From: an uncultured Candidatus Rokubacteria bacterium | GTDB lineage: Bacteria; Methylomirabilota; Methylomirabilia; Rokubacteriales; DASRDR01 | Direction: 5' to 3' | NCBI GenBank assembly: GCA_963708025.1 | Contig: CAVPSB010000031.1 | Span: forward strand, 1-64,000 | DNA: 64,000 nt | Shown: in pieces, positions 22,632-33,163 of the stretch | Layout of the letters: every line of letters starts with the position of its first letter | Position numbering within the stretch: the first letter of the stretch is position 1 | Notes under the pieces: generated by a model | What the model saw: the letters and a program-made list of their open reading frames with translations, nothing else | Told to the model about the DNA's origin: nothing | Databases searched by the model: none | Program-made: the position numbers and the translations under genes

Positions 22632-23044
22632 GGTGCTGCTGGACACCAACCAGACTGGTCAGCAGCCTCCTGAGCACACGTGGGCCTCAGCGGGCGCTCC
22701 TCGACGCATGGCGCCGCCGCGCTTTCCTGCTGTTCATCACGGCCGAGCAGCTCGAGGAAGTGCGGGAGGTCCTCGGCCGGCCGAAGATCTCGCGAAAGTA
22801 TCGCATCGCGCCTGCGGATCAGCAGGCATTCGTCGAGCTCCTTCGTTCCGAAGCCGTCCTGCTCCCTGACGAGCCGACTCCCGGGGTCTGTCGGGATCCG
22901 GACGACGACCACCTCCTCGGGTGCGCGGCCGCCGGCGCCGTGGAGTACCTCGTCACCGGAGACGCCGACCTCCTGAGCATCGGGCAATTCCGCGGAACGT
23001 CCATCCTCGCCGCCCGGGCCTTTCTGGAACTCCTGCCCGCGTAG
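22624..23044 (+). CDS. PIN-domain toxin (frameshift near 22654)
   Basis: RVLLDTN ... CRDPDDDHLL ... LVTGDADLL. Confidence 0.85.
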
Positions 23045-23189
23045 ACCGGCCCCCAGAGGGCCCGCAAGCGCGGACCCTACCCGCTGCGGCAGCCTGGAGA
23101 AGCGTGAGACACTTGCAGCGCGACAGGTCTGGGGCGGCTGCCCTGGACCTCGCAGGGCAGTCCGTTGGGGAGGACTCGGAGAAGCGGCT

Positions 23190-23822
23190 ATGTTTGGCGA
23201 TGGCGCCCTGGCGTTCAGGGAGTTCGCGACGAAGGAGCGGGTACCCCTGGCGACGATCCAGGCCGCGATCCTGGAGATCCTCCGTTCGAGGCGCGACGCC
23301 GTGCTTTTCGGGGCGCAGGCGGTCAATGCCTATTGCGACGAGCCTCGGATGACGCAGGGCGTGGACATCCTGTCCCCGAATGCCGAAGCGCTGGCCCTGG
23401 AGATTCGGGACCGGCTCGCCAAGCGGTTCCACCTGGCGATCCGAGCTCGCGAGCTCGGGCGCGGCCGCGACTATCGCGTCTTCCAGGTCCGGAAGCCCAG
23501 CAACCGCCACCTCGCCGACGTGCGAAAGGTCGAGGAGCTTCCCCCCGCCCAGCGCATCCGGGGGATTCTCGTCGTGACGGTTCCAGAGCTGATCGCCCGT
23601 AAGCTGCTGGCCTACCGGCGGCGCAAGGGCCAGCCGAAGTCGGGAACCGACTGGCGGGATCTGGCCGTGCTCCTCCTGGCCTTCCTCGCGTTGAAGGCGG
23701 AAACGGGCCCGGTGGCCGACCGCTTGCGCGTCCTGGGAGCGGAGGAGGACGACATGGCCGCCTGGCGCGCTCTCGTCCAGGAGCCCATCCAGGCCGAGCC
23801 GGACGAGGGGGACGAGTCCTGA
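23190..23822 (+). CDS. Nucleotidyltransferase-fold protein (AbiEii-like)
   Basis: FGAQAVNAY..PRMTQGVDI; LIARKL; DWRDL. Confidence 0.65.
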   Translation: MFGDGALAFREFATKERVPLATIQAAILEILRSRRDAVLFGAQAVNAYCDEPRMTQGVDILSPNAEALALEIRDRLAKRFHLAIRARELGRGRDYRVFQVRKPSNRHLADVRKVEELPPAQRIRGILVVTVPELIARKLLAYRRRKGQPKSGTDWRDLAVLLLAFLALKAETGPVADRLRVLGAEEDDMAAWRALVQEPIQAEPDEGDES

Positions 23823-24317
23823 GCGTCCGCACCACGCAACGCGAGACGAGTCGGGTGTCCTCAGCTCAGCGCCGGTAGGTTCCCTCGTCCCTCCGCCGCA
23901 CGGTCTCGATGATCACCTCGTCTCGCTCGAGATCGAGCGAGACGGCGGAGTCTCACCGGGCGCGGGCCTTCTTGAGCCGGGCGAGGCGGGCCTCGATCTC
24001 GCGACCTAGCAGGGGCTCGGTCGGCTCGCGGCGTCGCGCGCGCACCAGCGCATGATCCGGGTCTCCAGGCCGGACCGGTTCGGCCCGTGACACCTCGAAG
24101 AAGCTCTTCAGGGCGCGGTCCAGCAGCTCGCGCGCCGCCTCCGCCCGCGAGGGCTTGCGGGTCGCCAATCCTTCCCCCTTTCTCGGAGATCGCATCTCTG
24201 ACAGCCGCATGTTACAGCGATACGACCGGAGTCGGTAGCTTGCCGGGCTGAACTGTGCGCCTGGATGCCACAGCCCGGGCCTACTCTGGGTGCCGCCACA
24301 CACCAGAGGAGGTCAAC

Positions 24318-24662
24318 ATGCTCGTCCGCCTGAGACGCGCGACCCGGACCGCGCGGGACACGTTCCGCGTGACCCTCGACCTGAACGACCCCGACCACCC
24401 CGACTGGGAGACCGGCGACTGCGTGGTCCGCCTCGATGTGCTGGACGCGCCGAAGCACGAGGCCGTGCCGCGCGGGCCCCTGGCTGCGGCGCTGGAGCTC
24501 TACCGCCTGTCGCGCGACGAGCGCCCGGCGGCCGCGGACGCCCGGCTCCTCTGGGACATGGGGCAGGCGGTGGACGCCTACGTGACCCGGCTCTTCGAGT
24601 CGGGCGTCCTCTGCCCCTTCTCGGACCGGCCGAAGGACGAGGCTCCCGACCGCTCGCCCTGA
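24318..24662 (+). CDS. Hypothetical protein
   Basis: RBS AGGAGGT before ATG; GC3-rich codons. Confidence 0.7.
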   Translation: MLVRLRRATRTARDTFRVTLDLNDPDHPDWETGDCVVRLDVLDAPKHEAVPRGPLAAALELYRLSRDERPAAADARLLWDMGQAVDAYVTRLFESGVLCPFSDRPKDEAPDRSP

Positions 24663-24857
24663 CCGCCGGGCGGTGGCTCCCTGTCAAGGCATTCGAGAGG
24701 GTCGCCCGTGGGTGATTCGTCCCGGGCGGGTCGTCAGGCATTACCTAACGACCCGTCCGGGACGGCGAGACCCCGTGGGGAGGTGTGTCAGTCCGTCTCC
24801 GGTCATCGCCGGCCGGCCAGGGCTCGCAGCTCCGCCGGCTCGACGCATGGCGCGGGC

Positions 24858-25187
24858 CTACGCCTGGTCGAAGAGCTTCAGCGCAAGGGCGCCGTGGGTG
24901 GCGGCGGCGCCGGCGCGCAGGGCGGCCGCCAGCAGCGCGGCCTCGATGACCTCCTCGCGGATCGCGCCCGCCTTCTTGGCGGCCCTGGCGTGCACGTCGA
25001 GGCAGTACGGGCACTGGGTGGTGCAGGCGACGGCCAGCGCGATCAGCTCGCGATACTTCCGCGGGATCTTGCCGTCGTCGCGCCCGACGATGCTGTCCAG
25101 CTCGACGAAGCCCTTGAACTCCACGGGGGCCAGCTTCTTGAACTCCCCGAAGGCCTTCAGATCCTCTGAGTCGTGATAGTGGCTCAT
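24858..25187 (-). CDS. Carboxymuconolactone decarboxylase/AhpD-family protein
   Basis: RELIALAVACTTQCPYCLDVH. Confidence 0.9.
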   Translation of the reverse strand: MSHYHDSEDLKAFGEFKKLAPVEFKGFVELDSIVGRDDGKIPRKYRELIALAVACTTQCPYCLDVHARAAKKAGAIREEVIEAALLAAALRAGAAATHGALALKLFDQA

Positions 25188-25250
25188 GGTGCTCTCCTTC
25201 CTTCCGTGAGATGTGACGGTCGTTGCCATCCGCGCATCGCTTGCCCCCGG

Positions 25251-26114
25251 TCAACGCCGGGTGATGACCACCTCGACATAGGCGCCGGGAACCACCAGCC
25301 CCGCGGGGCCGCCGCGGTCGAAGCGATCGAGCAACGCGAGCAGGTCGGCCTCGAGCGCGAGCTGCCTCGGCGGATCGAGGGCGAGGAACGCCTTGTGCAC
25401 CGGGCCGTAGAAGGCCCGGAACACCTCGACCCAGTGGGCGGCCGACCGGTAGCGGAACACGAACTCTCGTGGCACGATCCGGATGTCCGCCGCCTCGGCG
25501 CCGAACAGCTCGCGCAGGCGGGCCTCCGTTCCCCACGCGGCCGGCGGCCGGAGCCCGGCGGGCGGCGGGACATGCGCGCCGACGACGCGGAAGAGCTCGC
25601 CGATGAAACCCTCCGGCGTCCAGTTGGCCAGTGCGATGCGGCCACCGCGCCGGCACACGCGGGTAATCTCGCGCGCCGCGCGCTCCTGGTCGGGAGCGAA
25701 CATGACGCCGTAGGTGGAGAGCACGACGTCGAACGACCCGTCGGGGAACGGCAGCTCATCGGCGTCGGCCTCGCGGAAGACGACGAGCAGACCCTCCGCC
25801 ACCGCGCGCACGCGGCCGTGCTCGAGCAGCGCGGGCACGAAGTCGGTGGCGGTGACGTCGGCGAAGCGGCGCGCCGCGGCGATGGCCGCGTTGCCGGTGC
25901 CCGTGGCCACGTCGAGGACCTTCTCGCCGGCGCGGAGGTCGGCGGTCTCGCAGAGCGATTCGGCGACGATCTGAATCGTCCGGGCGACGACGGCGAAGTC
26001 GCCCGATGCCCACGTCGCCTGCTGGCGGGTCCTAATCGCGGCCAGGTCCGGCGGGCATGCGGTGGGCAGCGCGGTGCGGTGGCCGCTCGGTGCGGGATTT
26101 GCGATGGGGCTCAT
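25251..26114 (-). CDS. Class I SAM-dependent methyltransferase
   Basis: VLDVATGTGN, ADADELPFPDGSFDVV. Confidence 0.9.
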   Translation of the reverse strand: MSPIANPAPSGHRTALPTACPPDLAAIRTRQQATWASGDFAVVARTIQIVAESLCETADLRAGEKVLDVATGTGNAAIAAARRFADVTATDFVPALLEHGRVRAVAEGLLVVFREADADELPFPDGSFDVVLSTYGVMFAPDQERAAREITRVCRRGGRIALANWTPEGFIGELFRVVGAHVPPPAGLRPPAAWGTEARLRELFGAEAADIRIVPREFVFRYRSAAHWVEVFRAFYGPVHKAFLALDPPRQLALEADLLALLDRFDRGGPAGLVVPGAYVEVVITRR

Positions 26115-26334
26115 GGTCCGTCTACCTCCTCAATTCGAGTCGGCGCTCGGCGCCGGGTTGCGCTAACATCGTCAGCGGCGCGTGCCGCGCCGGTGTCGAT
26201 GAAGTCAACGTACCGGCGAGACGCGGCGAGGTAAATGACCGGCCGTCCGCCGTTCTTGCCAGGACGTCCGGATGGAGCGAGGCAGGTGCCCGGGCGTCCG
26301 GGCCGCTTGTCCGAGCGTCCGGACGAGAGGACCG

Positions 26335-27303
26335 ATGAGCGCCGATCCGCTGTCCGACGTGTTGCGCGTGGTGCGGCTCGACGGCGCGTTCTTCTACGCG
26401 GTGGAGGCCAGCGAGCCCTGGAGCGTGGAGGCCGTCGCGGCGAGGGACCTCACGCCGCGCATCCTCCCCGGCGCCGAGCACCTGATCTCCTACCACATCC
26501 TCACCGCGGGCCGCTGCTGGGGCGGATTGATCGGCGAGCCGCCGGTGGCGCTCGGCCCGGGCGACGTGATCGTGTTCCCCCACGGCGACGCGCACCTGAT
26601 GTCGAGCGCGCCGGGAGTGCGGGCCGGGGAAGCCCTGTACGGCGCGACGCCGGCCCGCTATCCCGAGACGGTGACGCTCGGCGAGGGTGGGCGGGTCGCG
26701 GCCGTGCTCGTCTGCGGGTTCCTGGGCTGCGATCGGCGCCCGTTCAACCCGTTGCTCTCGACGCTGCCCCGGCAGCTGCATTTGCCCGGGCTCTCCAGCG
26801 GCTGGCTCATGTCGTTCGCGCAGCAGGTGGTGGAGGAGTCGCGGGCGCAGCGGGCGGGCGCCGACTCCGTGCTGACGCGGCTCGCCGAGCTGATGTTCGT
26901 GGAGGTGATACGTCGCTACATCGAGACGCTGCCCCCCGAGCGGCGGGGCTGGCTCGCGGGCCTGCGCGACGACGTCGTCGGCCGCGCGCTGGGCCTGCTG
27001 CACGGCGCGCCCGCGCGCCCGTGGACCATCGACGAGCTCGCGAGGGACGTGGCCCTGTCCCGCTCGGCGTTCGCCGAGCGCTTCACCGCCCTCGTCGGCC
27101 AGCCGCCGATGCAGTACCTCGCCCAGTGGCGCATGCAGCTCGCGGCGGGGCACCTGGCCCGCGGCAACGCCAAGGTGGCCTCGATCGCCGAGGAAGTCGG
27201 ATACGAGTCGGAGGCCGCCTTCAGCCGGGCGTTCAAACGCCTGGTGGGCGTGCCGCCCGCGGCCTGGCGACGGGCGCGCGAGGGCTACGGCGGAACGGCG
27301 TAG
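26335..27303 (+). CDS. AraC-family regulator with cupin domain
   Basis: DPLSDVL; WTIDELAR..LSRSAFAERF; VGYESEAAFSRAFKR. Confidence 0.9.
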   Translation: MSADPLSDVLRVVRLDGAFFYAVEASEPWSVEAVAARDLTPRILPGAEHLISYHILTAGRCWGGLIGEPPVALGPGDVIVFPHGDAHLMSSAPGVRAGEALYGATPARYPETVTLGEGGRVAAVLVCGFLGCDRRPFNPLLSTLPRQLHLPGLSSGWLMSFAQQVVEESRAQRAGADSVLTRLAELMFVEVIRRYIETLPPERRGWLAGLRDDVVGRALGLLHGAPARPWTIDELARDVALSRSAFAERFTALVGQPPMQYLAQWRMQLAAGHLARGNAKVASIAEEVGYESEAAFSRAFKRLVGVPPAAWRRAREGYGGTA

Positions 27304-27481
27304 TCGACGGCGCCTGCCCGCCGATCTGACCGGGCGACTTGGCCGGCTCCCCACCCGTCTCGCCGCCGAGGATTTCGCGAACCAGCTCCTGTTCGCCTGA
27401 CCGGTGACCGCCGCGCGCCACTCGCGACGCGCGGAGAGATCGTCTATCCTCGCGGCAGATTCGAGGGTCAGGAGGACCAGC

Positions 27482-28279
27482 ATGACGATCGATCCGCTCG
27501 CCCAGGCCAGAGTCGATGCCGCCTTCATGCCCGACCAGCGCAGCGAGCTCGTGCCGAGTCCGCGCTGGGTGCGGGGGAAGCTCGGGCACGTGACGGTCGC
27601 CGACAGCAAGCGCGTGATGCTGCTGCGCGAGACCGGCCGGCTGCCGGTCTACTACTTCCCGGAGGCGGACGTCCGCACCGACCTGCTCACGCCCAGCGGG
27701 CAGGCCGTCCAGCATCCGCGCTTCGGCGAGGCGTCGTTCTTCGATCTCGCCGCGGGCGGCAAGGCCGCGGCGCAGGCGGCCTGGACGTACAGGGACGTCC
27801 CGCCGGAGGCCCCCGGCTTGAAGGGCTACGTCGCCTTCGAGTGGAACAAGCTGGACGCCTGGTTCGAGGAGGACGACGAGGTCTTCGTCCACGCGCGCGA
27901 CCCGTACAAGCGGATCGACGTCTGCCACGGCTCGCGCCACGTCCGGGTCGTGATCGGCGGCGAGACGGTGGCCGACACGCGCCGCCCGCGCCTCCTGTTC
28001 GAGACCGGGCTGCCCACCCGGTACTACATCCCGAAGGCCGACGTGCGCATGGACCTGCTGGAGCCGAGCGACACCCACACGCGCTGCCCCTACAAGGGCG
28101 TCGCCTCCTACTACTCGGTGAAGGTCGGGGACGCGCGCTTCCCGGACCTCGTCTGGTACTACCCGACCCCGATCCCGGAGTGCCCGAAGATCGAGGACCT
28201 GGTCTGCTTCTTCAACGAGAAGGTGGACATCCACGTGGACGGCGTCCTGGAGCCGCGGCCGGTCACGCGCTGGTCGTGA
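27482..28279 (+). CDS. Tandem DUF427 protein
   Basis: Two repeats with ETG..P.YY.P..DV; CPYKGVASY. Confidence 0.9.
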   Translation: MTIDPLAQARVDAAFMPDQRSELVPSPRWVRGKLGHVTVADSKRVMLLRETGRLPVYYFPEADVRTDLLTPSGQAVQHPRFGEASFFDLAAGGKAAAQAAWTYRDVPPEAPGLKGYVAFEWNKLDAWFEEDDEVFVHARDPYKRIDVCHGSRHVRVVIGGETVADTRRPRLLFETGLPTRYYIPKADVRMDLLEPSDTHTRCPYKGVASYYSVKVGDARFPDLVWYYPTPIPECPKIEDLVCFFNEKVDIHVDGVLEPRPVTRWS

Positions 28280-28291
28280 AGCCGGCCGGTT

Positions 28292-28612
28292 CTAGCCGAG
28301 GATCGCGTGCTCCTCGGTGATCAGGACCAGGCGGTCGCTGACGGTGGCCTTCGAGTGGCCCACCGCCGTCAGCCCGGCCTCGGACGACCAGGCCGCCTCG
28401 AGCGCGGCGCGGCTGTCGAACCATAGCTCGGCGAGCCCGTCCCAGGGCTCGCGGCCCTCGTGGGTGGTCTAGCCGGTGACGAGGCAGACCCGGTACTTCC
28501 GCAGGCCGGCGAGGCCCGTCACCAGGGGCACGTGCTCCTCCAGCCACCAGCGGTGGAAGCGCTCGCGGCTCCAGCCCTCGGGACGTCACAGCAGCGAGAC
28601 CACCTTGATCAT
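28292..28612 (-). pseudogene. EthD-family protein with two in-frame stops
   Basis: MIKVVSLL*RPEGWSRERFHRWWLEEHVPL...DGLAELWFDS. Confidence 0.75.
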
Positions 28613-28628
28613 CGGCGCCTCCCTCGGG

Positions 28629-29210
28629 TCACTTGGGCAGGGGGTAGCCGAACAGGAGGTGGGGGAGCATCAGCGGGATGGAGGGGAAGACCGCCATGAT
28701 CGCCAGGTCGATCATCATGATGATGATGAACGGGATGGTGGCCCGCACCGCGGCCTCGTAGCGCACCCCGGCGAGCTGGGTCGAGACGAAGAGGTTCAGC
28801 GCGACGGGCGGGACGATGCAGCCCAGGCCCATGTTGGTGCAGAACAGCACCCCCCAGTGGACGGGGTCCACGCCGGCCCGGGCCAGGAGCGGCATGAACG
28901 TCGGCAGGAAGCCGAAGATCATGGCCGGGGGCTCCAGGATCATCCCCAGCACGACGAACACGAAGCTGACCAGGAAGATCACCACGTAGCGGTCGGTGCT
29001 GACCCGCGTGACGAGATCCACCACCTGCTGAGACACCAGGTCGCGCGCCATCACGAAGCCGAGGAACGACGAGGTGGCGGCCATGAACAGGGTCATCCCG
29101 CTGATGTACCCCGCCTCCACCACCGACTGGTAGAGTCGCCGCGGCTGGGCCGTCCGGTAGCAGAACGAAAGCACGAGCACGTAGGCGAGGAGCACGGAGC
29201 CGCCGAGGAT
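28629..29210 (-). pseudogene. TRAP transporter large permease (DctM-like), C-terminal part only
   Basis: GVDPVHWGVLF..NMGLGCIVPPVALNLFV; cut by the repeat at 29212. Confidence 0.85.
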
Positions 29211-29211
29211 G

Positions 29212-29279
29212 CCCCCCCTGGGGCCCCCCACTGGGCGGGGGAGCGCGGGCGGGACGGCCGAGAATGGGGCATATGTTGA
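29212..29279 (+). repeat. Isolated IS91-like 3' terminus (putative oriIS)
   Basis: Near-identical to 20251-20320. Confidence 0.7.
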
Positions 29280-30806
29280 CTTCTATGAAGCGGCCCCCCG
29301 TGTCAAGCGAGAGCTGCGTGTGTGGTGTCCCTCTCTTCCTCTCCTCCGTCCGAGGTCAGCGGTCCACGGCGATGGACCCACGGTTCCCGCGAGGTTCAGT
29401 CATCCTTCTATTCGCGCTCGTCAGGGACGAGCGGGGCTCGCCGGCGCATGAGGGGAGTCGAAGGGTGGGGGTGCCATCTACGCAACGGCTCTCGAACTGC
29501 GGCCAAGTCAACACACGCACTCACCCACCCGTCGAACCCGCGCGAGACCAGGGTGCCGCTCATCGTGACACGGACGGTGCCCGACTGCTCAGGGGTCGGC
29601 GCCTCACTCGGATGACCTGGGTATTCCCGAAATCGGCCATGGTCGCGTTCGCGACGCGCCGCCTCTCAGACCGGGACGGCCGCCGCGGTGGCCTTGCGCG
29701 GCACGGCCCGCGGCTCATACGCCGTGCCGTCGCGCAGCATCGCGTAGAGGAGGCCCGCCAGACGGCGGGCCAGCGCGACGACGGCAATCTTCTTGCCGCG
29801 GCGCGCCGCGATGCCCGTGGCCCAACGCCGCAGGGCGGCCGTGCGGGGATCGCGCAGGCGCAGGATCGACACGGCCGCCTGGACGAGCAACCAGCGCATC
29901 CGGGTATTGCCCGCCTTGGTGATCCGGCCGCGCCGTTGGCTCTCCCCCGAGCTCAGCTCCCTCGGGACGAGGCCGAGATACGCCTCCACCTCATGTGCCC
30001 GGCGAAAGCGCTGCGCGTCATCGATCGTGGCCACGAAGGCCGCCGCCGTGACCGGCCCCACGCTGGGGACGGTCTGCAGGCGCTGCACGCGCGTATCCGG
30101 GCGCGTGACGTGCTCGATCACCGCGTCCGAGTAGGCGAGCTGCTGATTGACGAGCCGCATCACCGCCAGCAAGGGCGCCACCTCCGAGAGCAGGCGGCCC
30201 GGCAGCGACAGCGCCATCACCCGCCGACTGAGAGTCTCCGCACTCCCCGTGGGCACGCGCCAGCCGTGCCGGGCGCAGCAACGCCCGGGTCAGGGCGATG
30301 TATCCGGTGCGCGTCCGGACCACGGCATCGCGCACCGCCAAGCGGCCCCGGACATGCCGCTGCGCGTCGGACAGCCGATGGGCGGGGCGATACGCGCCGA
30401 GCAGACAGGCCTCCTGTAGCGCCCGGGCATCCCGCCGATCGGTCTTGACCTTCCGGGTCCGCGTGGCATACATCGGCGCGAAGTTCGGGTCCGCCACCAC
30501 GACCTCGTGGCCCAAGGCCTCGAGGCACCGGGCCACCCATTCACTCTCCGTCGAGGCTTCGACGAGGATCCGGGCTCGCGGCCGGCCGCCCAACACCGCC
30601 GCGAACCGCTCGCGCTCGGTGCGGATGCGGCATTCGATCACCTCGCCCGCCTCGGTGAGCAGACAGATCTGGCTTTCCTTCTTGTGCAGATCGATGCCAA
30701 CATACTCCATGGCTGGCCCCCCTCGTGCGCCCGTGAGCGCGTGTTCTCTCAGTGGGGCAGTGTATGCCACCACGTCGAGCTGGGGGTCAGCCGCTTCATC
30801 CCATCT
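29280..30806 (-). mobile_element. IS110/IS1111-type element, copy B; recombinase 30710-29666 with a frameshift near 30270
   Basis: Same IRs, CT core and guide segments as copy A; similar but not identical protein. Confidence 0.9.
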
Positions 30807-31360
30807 AGCCCCCGTCCTTCGTCGCCAAGGACGACGCGCCCGCCGATCCCCTGCGCGAGCGCCTCCTGACCCTCGTCCGCCGCGCCCCGGCTTCGCTCTC
30901 GACCGCCACGCTCCGACAGACCCTCGGCGTCCGCAAGCAGGTGCTCGTTGACCTCTTGCGCACCCTGGTCGCCGAGGGTCGCCTCGGCCGCGCCGGACGC
31001 GAAGGCTGGACGGCGGCGCCCCCGGCGGTTCCGGTTCCTCCTCCTATAGGTGGGAACGGGAACGCAGACGCCGCGCCCTCATCTCACTGAAGCCCAGCTC
31101 GGGTACGTCGCTGCAGGGGAACGCGAGCGGCTACAGCCAGGCATCGGCTTCTCGCCACGCTCTCACTCGGCCACGCGGCCGGGGCGTTCCGCTTCGAGCC
31201 GCGGCTTGCCGCGGCCTTCTCCGGGGGGGGGGGGAATCCGGGGGTGTTCCGACACCCCCCCGATGATCTCGGAGCGTGACGTAATCGGGAGCCTCCGGCT
31301 CCCCCTCCCCCAGTGGGTGGGGGAGGGGGGCAGGGGGGGTGGAGGGAGGTCCCGATGTTC

Positions 31361-31921
31361 TCAGCGGCCCACGACGAGGCGGCGGACCTCGAGGGCGGCG
31401 GCCGTGACCGCCGCGGGGTCGCGGAAGTTGATGGTGTTCATGAACCGCTCGGCCGCTGCCTCCAGCCGCAGGATGAGGTTCTTGTTCACCTGGGAGCCGG
31501 CGATGAGGCTCTGTTGGACGGCCGAGACACCGGCTTCGGAGGCGATGTCCGTCTGGCCAGTCAGCTGCTTCTCGGATCCGGTCTCGTTGGGTTTGGACAG
31601 CCCGCTCACCCGGACCCGCTGGATGTTGTCGGACGCCTGGAAGACGACGGCGAGGGTGAGCCCCTTCGCTTCCTGGACGGACCAGTTCCCGAAGGCGTCG
31701 CTGACGCCCTGGGCGACCACCGGGGCGCCGGATTGATTCAGGTCGAGCACGACGAACCGGCTGTTGGCGACGGGACCTCCCCCGACGAGCTCCGGAAAGG
31801 TCGCGGTCCCGTGCAGCGTGTTGGACTGGGTCGAGCTGCCGCCGCCGCAACCCAGCGTGACCAGCAGACAGAGGACCACCAGCGAACCAGCCGTTGCCGA
31901 CCGACGCACACCGTCCCGCAT
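31361..31921 (-). CDS. Putative lipoprotein
   Basis: Signal peptide with lipobox-like TLG-C followed by GGGSS. Confidence 0.7.
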   Translation of the reverse strand: MRDGVRRSATAGSLVVLCLLVTLGCGGGSSTQSNTLHGTATFPELVGGGPVANSRFVVLDLNQSGAPVVAQGVSDAFGNWSVQEAKGLTLAVVFQASDNIQRVRVSGLSKPNETGSEKQLTGQTDIASEAGVSAVQQSLIAGSQVNKNLILRLEAAAERFMNTINFRDPAAVTAAALEVRRLVVGR

Positions 31922-32451
31922 GATCCCTCCCCCGGACGCCGCCAGGATTCCGGGTCCCTCGTCTTGTCTAGGGACCCACGGTCGCGACACCCCGTCAGGG
32001 TACGGCAGGGGGTCGGTCTCCACCAAGGAACCTGTTGGGGCGGGCGGAGCGGCGGTCGGGGCCGGTAGACCGGTCAGCCGGCGGGGGCCGGGGGGCGGCG
32101 CCGGCCGGTGACCGGGGCCGACGCAGCCAGACCGGGGCGGTGGTCCCGGCCGACCGGCGCGTCCGGGCGGCCGGCCGGCAGATCCCGGCCGAGGTTCAGG
32201 CTCTCCTTGACCGGCGCGGTGAACCGACCCGGTGTCGTGATCAGCCGTCGAGGCCCGAGCCGGCGATCCACCTCGCGGCGAAGCGCTCGTTTCTCATGCG
32301 AGGCGATCAGCCAGCTGCGGGATTGAGCGAGCGCCAGGCAGGCCGCCTCCCCTTTCCCCTGAATCGCGCGCAGGTCTGCGTAGAGCCGCGCGGCAGAAGC
32401 GCGGGAAGCAGGCGAGCGAGTTCCTGGGGGTCGGCGAGCGTGGTCTGGTGG

Positions 32452-32859
32452 CTAGCGGACGTGGTAGCCGGAGATGATGTAATCGATCGCCTTTTGCAGG
32501 ACCACGTCCCAAGCCTTCCGGGATTCCTCGGAGAACTCAGGATCTAGATCGGAGACGGCGCGGAGGAAGCTGGATTTCCAGTAGGGATACAGGGTGGGGG
32601 GAATATCGAGGTTGGCCTTACTGTGGCTCTTGCGGATGCGCGCCAGCCCCTTCTTCCCGAGGGGATTCCCCTGGGCGAACATGACGGCTAGGTGGATGCC
32701 ATGCTTGAGCAAGTCCTTTTGCGCCTGAAAATCCGTTCGAGCGAATCGCGGAGCGATTTGGGGGTTGCTCTTCAAGAAGATGTCGTAGAAGTGGCCGATT
32801 AGGTCCTTGCCCATGCACCGCGTGAAGCTGCTTTTCACGATCTCTACGGCGTCGTTCAT
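32452..32859 (-). CDS. Single-domain globin
   Basis: FYDIFL..PQIAPRF..TDF..QK; RKSHSK; KAWDVVL. Confidence 0.85.
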   Translation of the reverse strand: MNDAVEIVKSSFTRCMGKDLIGHFYDIFLKSNPQIAPRFARTDFQAQKDLLKHGIHLAVMFAQGNPLGKKGLARIRKSHSKANLDIPPTLYPYWKSSFLRAVSDLDPEFSEESRKAWDVVLQKAIDYIISGYHVR

Positions 32860-33163
32860 CTCTCCCTCTGGGTACTTTTGCTCTTGAAGGATGCGACGGC
32901 CCGGCTATGAAACCGCTTCAGAAGTTCGTCGCGGTTCTCGTTCATCGGGTTTCCCCTCCCTTAGTTCAGATCGGACGCTGGCCGGCCAGAACTGGGGAAA
33001 GGGCACGCCAGGGCTCCGGCCAGGTCGTCCCGGTCGGACGGCCGACAGCGGCCTGCCGCTCGTCCGGGACCGGCCGATCGCGCGGCGGTTGTCGAGGGCT
33101 GTCCCGTCTGGACGCGCCTTCGCGAGCGACAGCCGGCCGACCCGCGAGCCTTCGATTCGTCCC

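Noticed and set aside
28292-28612. Stop-codon recoding in the EthD gene
   Set aside because: One TGA and one TAG, neither at a redox motif; ordinary pseudogenisation fits better
32040-33160. Riboswitches upstream of the lipoprotein or globin
   Set aside because: GC-rich hairpins only; no c-di-GMP or other aptamer consensus recognised
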